Origin: Anaeramoeba ignava BMAN
Taxonomy: Eukaryota > Protista > Anaeramoebae
Direction of reading: 5' to 3'
Assembly: GCA_028826165.1 (NCBI GenBank)
Contig: JAPDFW010000108.1
Span: 62,001-126,000 of the forward strand
DNA: 64,000 bases
Part shown: piece after piece, positions 26,204 to 38,100 of the stretch
Position numbering within the stretch: position 1 is the first letter of the stretch
Layout: every line of letters starts with the position of its first letter
The notes under the pieces: model-generated
What the model saw: only the letters and a program-made list of their open reading frames with translations
Databases searched by the model: none
Told to the model about the DNA's origin: nothing
Made by a program: the position numbers and the translations under genes

Positions 26204-29200
26204 TTAATCATCTTTTTTTAAAGGAAAATCGAATAAATTTTGTCGATATAAAAATGAATTTTTAGAATGCATTTGATAAAATTCACTAGCATTTTCAAGT
26301 TCTTCGAATTCAGATTGAGTAATATCTTCTGGAAGTTTATCAAGATAAAAATAATGAATCAAAGCCTTAATTGCACCAAAAGTTTTCTGAGAATAATCAC
26401 GAACTTGATTAGAATCATCCTTTACATTAACAAACATATTGAAAAACAATTCACTTCTAATTGCAAGAATAAGTTTATGAACTTTAATTGGTTGATCTTC
26501 AACTATAATTGCAAAATCCTTTTCTTCTTCCTTTTTAGACCAAGCTTCCAAATCACGAACCAATCCAAATCTTCTTGATTTCGATAAAATAAGTTCGTTT
26601 GACATCCCAATTTCATTAAGTAAAACGGATGTTTCTTCTGGATTTCCTTCAAAAATTCCTGAATAAATCCATTTCATCATATTTTCTACTTCTTGTTTTT
26701 CTTTTTTCTCACAAAATGGGATTAGTTTCTCAACCAAATCCTTTCCTAATCTCATTTCTATTATCTGTTTATGACAATTAATAGTTCCATTATCGCTTGT
26801 AATTATAAAATCAGTTAATTCACTTTTTTGATAAAATTCCAAAAATTCTTGACAAATATTCTCATAATTATCCAAAAAATCCTTTAAATATTGATCATAA
26901 CATTGTACCGATATTTTTCTTTTATTGTATAACGCATAAACTGGTGCTCCATTGTCAATCAATATTGTTAAATACTTCAATTTCTCTTTATTATCCAAAG
27001 GTGATCGAAGACAAAATACTAAAATTGGGATAACCTTAAAATATAATAAATAAAAATCATTTTGATTTTTTTCCTTTTTGTTTTTTTTTACTTTATCATT
27101 CCAAAAATTTGTTTTTGTCGCAAGCAATTTAATCACAGATTCTGGACTTTTTTGATTTATTGCTGTATGAATTACTGTTTGATTCTTTTTTTTTTTTTCA
27201 AATTATTTTCCAAAAAAAAAATTATTTAATCTTCACTTTAAAAAAAAATATTTTTTTTTACAGACTTTTGAAAAAAATATGAATTAAAAAACAAACACAA
27301 TCAATTTTGAGATTAAATCATTTCTTTTTTACTGCCTAAATTAAAAAATTAATTAATTAATTAATTTCTTAATTATAATTAATTTAAAAATTACATCCTT
27401 TTCCAATTATAAATTTTATAAATTTTGTTTTTTTTTGGAATTATTTTTTTTAATACAGTAATATTTGGATCAAGTCCTTTTGAAAATAAATATTGAATAA
27501 AATCTAAATCATAATCATTTTTTCTAATCATTTGATTTAGAATTGTTCCATCCCAATTATTCATTAAAAACTTCAAAACAAAAACAAAAACAAAACCAAA
27601 AACAAATTTAATTTTCCAATTTCTTCTTTTTCTTCTTCTAATAATTATTTACAACCTAAATCAAAAAAGCAAAAGAAATGATTAATTTATAAAAAAAAAT
27701 TAACAAAAAATTAATCATTTACATTTGTTGAATGATTCACATTATCTCCAAGTTCAATAAATTTACGGAGAATTTCTTTTGGCAATTTTTCTTGATATGC
27801 TAAAAATAATGGTGTAAATGCCTAAATAAATCAATTAATAAACCAATTAAACTAAACTAAGATAAATTAAATTAAATATTTTACATACTATTTATTTTTG
27901 TAATTAAAAAAAAAGAAAAAAACTTTCTAAAAAAAATTATTCCTATTTTTAAAATTCTCACTTCCTATTTCAAATATTTTTTTTGGTTTATCAAAAAAAT
28001 ATTTCCATTTTCTTTGAATTTACTTGCTAAATATAAGAATTTATTTAATATTTTACAAAAAAAAAGAAAGTATTCTTTTTCTATTTTCAAACATGCTAAA
28101 TATTATTTTAACAAAAAAAAAGAACAAGAACAAAAAGAAGTTTTAATTTGATTTAATATAATTTAATATAATAAATTATCTACAATTAGTTAAATTATTA
28201 CATACTATTTTTTTTTATTAAAATTTAGATTTTTCATTTTAAATTTAGATTTTTTTACTTTCTAAAATTTAAAAATTAAAATTTAAAATTTAAAAATTAT
28301 TTCATTAAAATAATAAAATAATTACATGCTAAAATGAAAAATAAAATGAATAATTTATTTTCGAAAATAATTTAATGATTAATTTTTTTACGTTCTAAAT
28401 CCAAAAAAAAAAGGAATGAATGAATAAATAAATAAATTTATTTTCCAAACTAAAATAATTGTTTTGGTTTTCACTTTCTAAAAATAAAACAATAAGAAAA
28501 TCGAAAAAAAGGAAAGTATTCTTTGATAAAAGTTACATGCTAAAAAAAAAAGTGATTAATTTTTATAATTTTGATTTTGATATTAATTTTGATTACAATT
28601 AAAAAATTCAAATCAACTCCAGAAGAAAGTAAATAATCAATTAATTCAAGATTATGATTTTTAATTGCAAAAATCAAAGGTCTATATCCCTTTTTGTTTT
28701 ATAAATATAAATATATAAAATCTAAATAAAAATAAAAATAAAAAGTTTTTACTTCCTTTTTTAAATTTGAATTTTTAATTAAAAGAAACGAAAATGATAA
28801 TAAATTTTTACATACTAATTTCCAAAATTTTCAATTTTAATTCCAAATTTATAATAATTTTTCAAATTAAATTTACAATCTAACAAAAGAAAAAAAACAA
28901 ACTTTAAGAATTAAGTCATTTCAAAATAAAAATAAATACCATCTAAAGAAAATTTAGCAAAAAAAATTTAATTATTTCTTAAAAGAATTATAGATTAATT
29001 TACTCTCTTTTTATTTATTAAATTAATTATTATTATTATTATTTAATCTTAAAAAATGTTTTAAAATTAAAAATGGAAATATTTTTACTGACTAAAGAAA
29101 AAGAAAATAATCAGAAAAAAAAAATTTCGAAAATGGAAAAATTTGTTTTGTTTTGTTTTGTTTTTTTACAGAAGAAAAATTTATATCAGCTCCTTTTGAA

Positions 29201-29487
29201 ACTAATAATTGAACAATTTTTAAATCAATATCTTTTTTTTGACAAGCAAAAGAAAGAGGAGAAATATCAAACTATTTAAATAAAGAGAAGAAGTTTAATT
29301 TGCTTTTTTTTTTAATTTGCTTTTTTTTTTTTACATTCTAAATTATAAATTCAATTAATTTCAATTATAAATATTAATTCAATTATAAAAAAATACTTAC
29401 ATTTGGTGTGTTTATATTTTTTTCATTGAGAACTTTTTCAACTTCTTTTAAAGAATTTGAATCAATTACTTTAAATAAATCAGTCAT
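26204..29487 (-). CDS. Ankyrin-repeat plus tandem BTB/POZ protein with one-repeat-per-exon structure and 21 single-codon microexons
   Basis: Large exons, all phase 0: 29487-29401 (MTDLFKVIDSNSLKEVEKVLNEKNINTPN), 29271-29170 (FDISPLSFACQKKDIDLKIVQLLVSKGADINFSS), 28689-28597 (GYRPLIFAIKNHNLELIDYLLSSGVDLNFLI), 27821-27723 (AFTPLFLAYQEKLPKEILRKFIELGDNVNHSTN), 27570-27457 (FLMNNWDGTILNQ...SKGLDPNIT), 27184-27092 (NQTVIHTAINQKSPESVIKLLATK...), 27034-26204 (last ankyrin plus BTB LTDFII...CHKQII and BTB KDFAIIV...VHKLILAIRSELFFNMF). Confidence 0.88.
27262..27397 (-). other. Three 3-nt microexons GAT(D) 27395-27397, GCA(A) 27333-27335, TCT(S) 27262-27264
   Basis: Each is flanked by AG and GTAA on the minus strand; including all three gives GLDPNIT-D-A-S-NQTVIH, canonical ankyrin spacing with the conserved Asp. 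Confidence 0.85.
27653..27655 (-). other. Single 3-nt microexon GTT(V)
   Basis: TTAG|GTT|GTAAAT, with flanking introns of 67 and 82 nt. Confidence 0.7.
27885..28539 (-). other. Array of ten 3-nt microexons between ankyrin exons 3 and 4: H,K,N,H,K,Y,H,Q,E,Y
   Basis: AG|NNN|GT at 28537-39 CAT, 28475-77 AAA, 28392-94 AAC, 28326-28 CAT, 28259-61 AAA, 28202-04 TAT, 28093-95 CAT, 28024-26 CAA, 27962-64 GAA, 27885-87 TAT; introns 54-106 nt. Confidence 0.82.
28753..29091 (-). other. Array of six 3-nt microexons between ankyrin exons 2 and 3: S,R,M,I,Y,E
   Basis: AG|NNN|GTA at 29089-91 TCA, 29004-06 AGA, 28940-42 ATG, 28877-79 ATT, 28812-14 TAT, 28753-55 GAA; introns 56-82 nt. Confidence 0.82.
29335..29337 (-). 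other. Single 3-nt microexon AAT(N)
   Basis: TTTAG|AAT|GTAAAA, both flanking introns 63 nt; restores canonical spacing NINTPN-N-FDISPL. Confidence 0.78.
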
Positions 29488-29664
29488 AATTTAAAAAATT
29501 ATTATAAATTTAATTCTTTTTGCTATTAATTTTGTTTTGAATTTAATTGTGAAAAAGAAGAAAAAATGAAAAAAAAATTCTTGCTTTTTTTTTTTAAACA
29601 TAATCTTTATTAAAAATTAAAAATAGATTCATTTTTTTTTTACTTTTCTTCTTTTGCATTCTTT

Positions 29665-30390
29665 TTAAAATCCAATAAACCTCATTTTATATTTTTTAAG
29701 TGGAATATAAAACAAGAAAGAATTCAATATAATTAATAAAAAAATCAGAAATTCAACAACAGATGCACTTGAAGAATGTTCACTTTGAAGAGCAGCCAAA
29801 ATTACAAAAATAATCGTAAGAATGAAAATTGTTGCAAAAATTACAAAATGAAACACAGCAAGTTTCATTGACGATTTTGGATCTTGGATGTCTAGTTTCT
29901 TTGAAAATCTTGCAACAATTGCATAAATAACATCGGTTATTAAAGAATGAAAGCAATAAAATATATAAAATAAAACTGCAAATGTTGTGTGAGCTTTATA
30001 TGAATGTCCGATTGGGAACGCTCCAGCTAATCCAAGGAAAATTGAGCTTAGAACTCCAAAAATAAATGAGAATTTGATTGTGCGAATAAATTTATTTCCT
30101 TGAACTAAACTCATTGTTAGCTGTATTTGATGTTTCTGTTGATAATATATGCAAGCACAAAATATAAAAAAAAAGAATGAACTGAATAAAACTCCGATTG
30201 TAAAAATATTGCGTTCGGGTATTCGATTTCCTAACTCGCTAATAAATGGAAAAGTTCTTTTTGTTTCATTTGTGCTAACTGTAATTATAAAACTTAGCAT
30301 CACAGTAACAAGGAAACCCACTGAAAAAATTATTGGGAAACCTGCCAAATTAATATTAAGTTGTCCTTTTGGAATTGAAAGGTTGTTCAT
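29665..30390 (-). CDS. DRAM/Frag1/Sfk1 (TMEM150) family multi-pass membrane protein, single exon
   Basis: FPFISELGNRIPERNIFT motif, about six hydrophobic segments, AHTTFA, and a C-terminal VVEF helix. Confidence 0.8.
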   Translation of the reverse strand: MNNLSIPKGQLNINLAGFPIIFSVGFLVTVMLSFIITVSTNETKRTFPFISELGNRIPERNIFTIGVLFSSFFFFIFCACIYYQQKHQIQLTMSLVQGNKFIRTIKFSFIFGVLSSIFLGLAGAFPIGHSYKAHTTFAVLFYIFYCFHSLITDVIYAIVARFSKKLDIQDPKSSMKLAVFHFVIFATIFILTIIFVILAALQSEHSSSASVVEFLIFLLIILNSFLFYIPLKKYKMRFIGF

Positions 30391-30486
30391 TTTTTATAGA
30401 AAAAAATGAAAATTAAAAAATTAAAAAAAAATTTTTTTTTCATTTTTCATTTTTTTCTTTCATTTTTTTTCATTTTCTTTTTATAA
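30391..30486. promoter_or_regulatory. 96-bp quasi-palindromic bidirectional promoter between DRAM and Pam16
   Basis: AAAAAATGAAAA, then a poly-A to poly-T switch, then TTTTCATTTTTCATTTT, between divergent ATGs. Confidence 0.6.
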
Positions 30487-30879
30487 ATGACGGCTTTAAC
30501 AGATTTAGTTAAAATTGGTGCACGTACAACTTCTAATTTTTTTGAAGTTCTTTTAAAATCTTATAAAGAAGCTGCTTGTGCAAATGCTCCATCTGGTGGA
30601 GTTCTTCAAAGATTTCTTGGAGCAACACTTGGATTAAAAGCACAAAATCCTCTTTCAGTTCAAGAAGCTTTTTCTATTTTGGGTTTATCTCAAAAAGAAA
30701 CATCAGAAGAAAAAATACTTCAAAGAGCTAAAGAACTTTTTAAAATTAATAATCCACGAAATGGTGGATCTCCTTATCTTCAATCTAAAATTTTAACTGC
30801 TCAACAAGTTTTAATGAAAAATAAACATGAAAATGAAAATGAAAATGAAAAAGAAAAAGAAAAAGAAAAAGAAAAATGA
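30487..30879 (+). CDS. PAM16: Pam16/Tim16 J-like subunit of the mitochondrial (MRO) import motor
   Basis: LSVQEAFSILGL...LFKINNPRNGGSPYLQSKILTA; J-like domain lacking HPD. Confidence 0.8.
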   Translation: MTALTDLVKIGARTTSNFFEVLLKSYKEAACANAPSGGVLQRFLGATLGLKAQNPLSVQEAFSILGLSQKETSEEKILQRAKELFKINNPRNGGSPYLQSKILTAQQVLMKNKHENENENEKEKEKEKEK

Positions 30880-31149
30880 AGTAATTACTTAATTACTTAA
30901 AAGTTTTTTTTTTTGATAAGGAATGAAATACAAAAACACAAAAATATAATAAATTTTTATTTTCAAATTTAATTTCCTTTCCTTTTTGTTTGATGTTGTT
31001 TTTAAACAAAAAAATATGAATTTGTATACTTAATTTCTTAATTTTTTGTTTAAAATTCTCATCAAGAAAAAAGAAAAAATGAAAAATGAAAATTTGAAAT
31101 TGAATTTGAATTTGAATTTGTTTTTGTTTTTTTGGAAAATTTGACATTT

Positions 31150-32660
31150 CTATCTTTTTTTATATTCACAAGGTTTTAATTTAATAGAATTTTTTAATTG
31201 ATCTTGATCTTTTTTAGAGATTAAAGGTTTTTTGTTTTGTGGAATTTGAAAATCTATTAAAACAAACATTTTATTTGTTTCATCCTAAAAAACAAAAAAC
31301 AAAAAATAAAAGTTTTGAATGTCAATTTGTTTTTGTTTTTGTTTTTGTTTTTGTTTTTGTTTTAAATTTACAAGAGAAGAAAATTTAAATCCAATTTTTT
31401 CAATTGCTTTTATAAATTTTTTGATATCTTTAATTCTTGATTTTACTTCTGCAATTTTAAGTATTCCACTTTTTTTATTTTTAATTGAAAAAAAAATGGA
31501 ATTAACACGTGTTTTTTCACCTTTTTTTTTTTTATTTATATTTACTTTGAAGAAAGAACTCGATAAGCTTCAAATAAATAATCAAAAAAGTTTATTCCCA
31601 TTAAAGATAAAGAAAAAACCGCAACATTAATTGAATTATCTTTAAGAGGAACCTAATAAATAAATAAATAAATTAAAATTAAAATTCAAAATAAATAAAT
31701 GAATGAATTTTTACGTGAGAAATATTGCAAGCAGTAACATATTTATTTGTTGGTATTAAATCAAAAGAATAAACTTTATGTTTAAGTGATTGAGCAATTT
31801 TTGCATCTCCACAACCAAAATCTCCAATAATCCAATTTTTGGGATATTTTTGAAGAGATTGAATTATTTTATCTAATGGATTTTCTTTCCATTTTTTTAC
31901 TTGAGATTTAAATCCTTCATGATACTTATAAACAAAATTTTTGATATTGAAGGAAAAATAAAATGAGAAAGAAAGTTTGTTTATTTACTAATTTTTAATT
32001 TGATTAGAATACAATATGAAACAAATTCTCATCTTTTTGAAACATTTTTTGTGCTTCATCGCCAGTTGTTTTATAAAATTTTTCATTTATCCATCTAAAT
32101 CGAGATCCTTTTAATTTTTCTTGAAATTTATTGAAAATATTGATTTGATTTTGATTTTGATATTGATTTTGATTTTGATTTTTATTTAGATTTTGATTTT
32201 GATTTTTATTTTGATTTTGATTTTGATTTAGATTTTGATTTTGATTTTTATTTTTATTTTGATTTTGATTTTGATTTTGATTTTTATATTGATTTTTATT
32301 TTGATTTTTATATTGATTTTGATTTTTATATTGATTTTGATTTTGATTTTGATTTTGATTTTGATTTTGATTTTGATTTTTATTTTGATTTTGATTTTGA
32401 TTTTGATTTTGATTTTGATTTTGATTTTGATTTTGATTTTGATATTGATTTTGATTTTGATTTTGATTTTGATTTTGATTTTGATTTTGATTTAGATTTT
32501 GATTTTGATTTTGATTTTGATTTTGATTTTGATTTTGATTTTGATTTTGATTTTTTGTTTTTCTTCCAATTTTAAAGAAAACAACTTCTAAATCGCCATA
32601 ATTTCCATTTTCTTTTTTTCTTTTAAGTTTTTTTCTTGAAAATTTATGATTAATATCCAT
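31150..32660 (-). CDS. RRP8: Rrp8/nucleomethylin rRNA adenine-N1 methyltransferase
   Basis: KLKGSRFRWINEKFY...YHEGFKSQVKKWKENPLD...GDFGCGDAKIA...VAVFSLSLMG...KIAEVKSR...PCEYKKR*; (NQ)n tract in exon 1. Confidence 0.92.
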
Positions 32661-32751
32661 TTATAAATTAAATGAAAAAAAAATGAAAAAAAATTTTTTT
32701 TTAAATTTTTCATTTTTCATTTTTCTTCTTTAGTTAATAGCTTCATTTAAA

Positions 32752-34997
32752 ATGGATTCAAAACAAAAATTAATTGATTCTCTTAAAGAATTAACAGGAC
32801 TTGGAGATAATTTTTGTCAAAATCTTCTTGAAAAACATAATTGGAATATTCAAGTTTGAATTTTTTAAAAGATTTTTCATTTTAAATAATTTCTTCGTTA
32901 TTTATTTTTTATATTCATTTTATGTTTAAAGGAAGCCACAAATGATTTTTTTCGAAATTCTATAATTGATGATTCAAATGAAGATCAAAATCAAAATCAA
33001 GATGAAGATCAAAATCAAAATCAAAATCAAAATAATCAAAATAATAATGATAATAATGATAATAATGATAAAAATAAAAATCAATCTATGGAAATTGAAA
33101 AAGAGAATTCACAAAATGTGTTCAAAAAATTATTTAGCAATATTATGGATAAAATACAATTTTATGCAACAGAATCTTCAAGTAGTTTTAAACTTCTTTT
33201 AAATTTTTCATTAATTTATTAAAAAATTATCTTTTTTTTTTGAAAAAAAAATGATAAGATTTTCCACAATATTTAAATCAAAAATATGGAAAAGATCATC
33301 CAAATTTCTTTGAAGGTTAATTTTTTAATTTTTAATTTAAATGGAAAAAAAAAGAAAAAAGGAATTTAGATTTTTTACATTTTGAAAAATTTAATTTTTG
33401 GAAATCAAAATAGGAAATTATCAAGAAGCAGTTAATTATGCAAAAATATCACAGAAACTTCTTTTTGTATATCTTCATTCTGATCCTCATTTTCGAACAC
33501 CAGATTTTTGCAAGTGAATTTTAAAACAAAAAGAAATCAAAAAAATTTTTTTATTGAAATCCAAAAATTATCTTTTAAAATTTGTTTCATTTTATTTTTC
33601 ATGGTTAATATTAATAATAATTACAGAAATATTCTTTATGATAATCAAATTGTGGATATATTAAACAATGATTTTGTTTGTTGGGGTGCTTTTGTTCAAC
33701 AAGAACAAGGGTTTAGAATATCAAGAATGTTAGAAGCAACAACATATCCTTTTATTGGTATTATTTGTTTTATTCCTGAAGCTCAAACATTATGGAAAAG
33801 TTTAGAAGGTGATTTTACAAAAGAAGATTTATTAAAAACTTTACAAAGTAATTTAGAGAAATTTAGTGTAGAAATTGCAGTTCGTCGTTATGAAGAGTAA
33901 ATATTTAATTTGAATAATTTAAATAATTTAAATAATTTAAATAATTTGAATATTTTGGATATTTTAAATATTTTGGATATTTTGATATTTTGAATAATTT
34001 AAATATTTTGAATATTTTGAATAATTTAAATATTTTAAATATTTTGAATAATTTAAATATTTTGAATATTTTGGATAATTTAAATATTTTGAATAATTTG
34101 AATATTTTGAATATTTTGAATAATTTAAATATTTTAAATAATTTAAATAATTTGGATAATTTAAATATTTTAAATAATTTAAATATTTTGAATAATTTGA
34201 ATATTTTGGATAATTTGAATATTTTGAATATTTTAAATAATTTTGAATAATTTAAATATTTTGAATAATTTAAATATTTTAAATAATTTAAATAATTTGA
34301 ATATTTTAAATAATTTAAATATTTTAAATAATTTAAATATTTTGAATAATTTAAATAATTTAAATATTTTGAGTAATTTAAATAATTTAAATATTTTGAA
34401 TATTTTAAATAATTTAAATATTTTGAATAAATTAAATATTTTAAATATTTTAAATATTTTGGATATTTTGAATAATTTGAATAATTTGAATAATCTGAAT
34501 AATTTTCATTTCTCCTTATTAGAGAACAAGCACAAGAAAGTAAAATTATTCGCGAAAATCAAGACAAAGAATATTATCAATCACTTATTCTAGATCAAGA
34601 AAGAGAAAGAGAAGAATTGAGAGAATTAGAACAAAAAAAGCAGAAAATAGAAGAAGAAAAACAAAAAAAAATAGCAGAAGAACAAAAAGAAAAAGACAAA
34701 AAAGAAATGTTAGAAACATTCAAAAAAAGACTTCCAAAAGAACCAACAGAAAATAACCAAAACACACTCACAATCGCAATAAAACTTCCTGATTCTTCAA
34801 GAATTCAACGTAAATTCTTAAAAACTGATACTTTACGAGATCTTTATGATTGGGTTCAAATTAAATCTCCAGATCTTATTGGAAATGATTTCGAACTTGC
34901 TAAAAATTTCCCTACAACCCATTTTCAGAATAATGAAACTAGTTTAAGTTCAGCTGGAATTCTTAATTTTGATATGCTTTACTTAATCAAAAATTAA
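32752..34997 (+). CDS. FAF2/UBXD8-like UBA-UAS-UBX p97 adaptor
   Basis: UBA-like LKELTG...LLEKHNWNIQ; UAS HPNFFEG...KLLFVYLHSD...FVCWG...TTYPF; UBX LPKEP...IKLPDSSRIQRKF...NFP. Confidence 0.85.
33900..34500 (+). repeat. 9-bp satellite (AATATTTTG/AATAATTTA)n in an intron of the UBX gene
   Basis: Visible tandem array; source of the spurious NNLNIL ORFs. Confidence 0.9.
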
Positions 34998-35111
34998 ATC
35001 AATAAAAAACAAAAATAAAAAGAAAACAAAAAGAAAATTTTTCATTTTTTTTCATTTTTTTTCATTCGAATTTTCTTTTTTTTCTATTTTGTAATTTGAA
35101 TATTTTTAATC

Positions 35112-38100
35112 ATGGGAAATTGTGGAGGAAGTGAAAAGCAAGAGGCTCGTACAAAAAGAATTGATGAACAACTCAAATCTCAACGACCAAAATTAGATAA
35201 CGAAATTAAGATTCTTCTGCTTGGTAAAAAAAATTTAATCAAAATTTAACAGAAAATTTGTTAACCAATTTTTTTTTGAAAAAAAAAATTTTTTTCGTTG
35301 AATTTTTTGTTAATGATTCCTTGTTGGAAAAAAGGTGCTGGTGATAGTGGAAAGTCTACAGTTATGAAGCAAATGAAAATTATTCATGGAAAAGGTTTTA
35401 CTGATACTGAAAAAAAAGAGTTTATTGATGCAATTTATGAAAATCTTATAATTAATGCAAAAGCTCTTGTGCATGCAGTTTCTCGTTTTGGTTTAGAATT
35501 TTTAGAAGAAAATGAAGTAAGGATTCTTGAAAAGTTTTTTTCTTAATTATCAAAAAAGATCGAAAAAAAAAAAAAAAGAAAAAAATAAAATAAACAAAAA
35601 AATAAATAGATAGGAAGATATAAAGGAAAACAAATACAATTTCATCATTTAATAATAATTTTAATAATAAATTAAATAATAAATTTAATAATAAATTTAA
35701 TAATAAATTTAATAATAAATTTAATAATAAATTTAATAATAAATTCAATAATAAATTCAATAATAAATTTAATAATAAATTTAATAATAAATTAATAATA
35801 ATTTAATAATAATTTAATAATAATTTAATAATAAATTTAATAATAAATTTAATAATAATTTTATTAATAATTTTAATAATAATTTTAATAATAATTTTAA
35901 TAATAATTTTAATAATAATTTTAATAATAATTTTAATAATAAATTTAATAATAAATTTAATAATAATTTTAATAATAATTTTAATAATAATTTTTAATAA
36001 TAAATTTAATAATAAATTTAATAATAATTTAAATAATAATTTTAATAATAATTTTAATAATAAATTTAATAAATAATATTATTAATTTTAATAATAATTT
36101 TAATAATAATTTTTAATAATAATTTTAATAATAATTTTAATAATAATTTTAATAATAAATTTAATAATAAATTTAATAACAATTTTAATAATAATTTTAA
36201 TAATAATTTTAATAATAATTTTAATAATAATTTTAATAATAAATTTGATAATAATTTTAATAATAATTTTAATAATATTTTTAATAATAATTTTAATAAT
36301 AAATTTAATAATAATTTAAATAATAAATTTAATAATAATTTTAATAATAATTTTAATAATATTTTTAATAATAATTTTAATAATAATTATAATTATAATT
36401 ATAATAATAATTTTAATAATAATTTTAATAATAATTTTAATAATAATTATAATAATAATTTTAATATTAATATTATTAATAATTTTAATAATAAATTTAA
36501 TAATAAATTTAATAATAAATTTAATAATAAATTTAATAATAAATTTTAATAATAATTTTAATAATATTATTAATAATTATAATAATAATTTTAATAATAA
36601 TTTTAATAATAATTTTAATAATAATTTTAATAATAATTTTAATAATAATTTTAATAATAATTTTAAAAATAATTTTTAATAATAATTTTAATAATAATAA
36701 TTATAATAATAATAATAATAATTTTAATAATAATAAATAATAATAATTTTTAATAATAAATTAAATAATAAATTTAATAATAATAATTTTAATAATAATT
36801 TTAATAATAATTTTAATAATAAATTTTAATAATAATTTTAATAATAATTTTTAATAATAATTTTTTAATAATTTTAATAATAATTTTAATAATAATTTTA
36901 ATAATAAATTTTAATAATAATTTTAATAATAATTTTAATAATAATTTTAATAATAATTTTAATAATAAATTTTAATAATAATTTTTAATAATAAATTTTA
37001 ATAAAATTTTTAATAATAATTTTAATAATAATTTTAATAATAAATTTAATAATAAATTTAATAATAATTTTAATAATAAATTTAATAATTTTAATAATAA
37101 TTTTAATAATAAATTTAATAATAAATTTTTAATAATATTTAATAATAAATTTAATAATAATTTTAATAATAATTTTTAATAATAATTTTTAATAATAATT
37201 TTTAATAATAAATTTTAATAATAATTTTAATAATAAATTTTAATAATAAATTTAATAATAAATTTAATAATAAATTTAATAATAAATTTAATAATAAATT
37301 TTAATAATAATTTTAATAATAATTTTAATAATAATTTTAATAATAATTTTAATAATAATTTTAATAATAATTTTAATAATAATTTTAATAATTTAATAAT
37401 AATTTTAAATAATAATTTTAATAATAATTTTAATAATAAATTTAATAATAAATTTAATAATAATTTTAATAATAATTTTAATAATAAATTTAATAATAAT
37501 TTTAATAATAATTTTAATAATTTTAATAATAATTTTAATAATAATTTTAATAATAATTTTAATAATAATTTTAATAATAATTTTAATAATAATTTTAATA
37601 ATAATTTTAATAATAATTTTTAATAATAATTTTAATAATAATTTTAATAATAATTTTAATAATAATTTTAATAATAAATTTAATAATAAATTTTAATAAT
37701 AATTTTAATAATAATTTTAATAATAATTTTAATAATAATTTTAATAATAATTTTAATAATAATTTTAATAATAATTTTAATAATAATTTTTAATAATTTT
37801 AATAATAATTTTAATAATAATTTTAATAATAATTTTAATAATAAATTTAATAATAATTTTAATAATAATTTTAATAATAAATTAAATAATAATTTTAATA
37901 ATAATTTTAATAATAATTTTAATAATAATTTTAATAATAAATTTAATAATAATTTTTAATAATAATTTTAATAATAATTTTAATAATAATTTTAATAATA
38001 ATTTTAATAATAATTTTAATAATAATTTTAATAATAATTTTAATAATAATTTTAATAATAATTTTAATAATAATTTTAATAATAAATTTAATAATAATTT

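Noticed and set aside
27924-27926. Possible 22nd microexon AAA (TTAG|AAA|GTTTTT)
   Set aside because: Weak donor, and flanking introns would be only 35-36 nt, shorter than any other intron here. Left out of the count, although it could be a mutually exclusive option.
29073-29279. Plus-strand 68-aa ORF over the ankyrin gene
   Set aside because: Antisense to a clear ankyrin exon; low complexity
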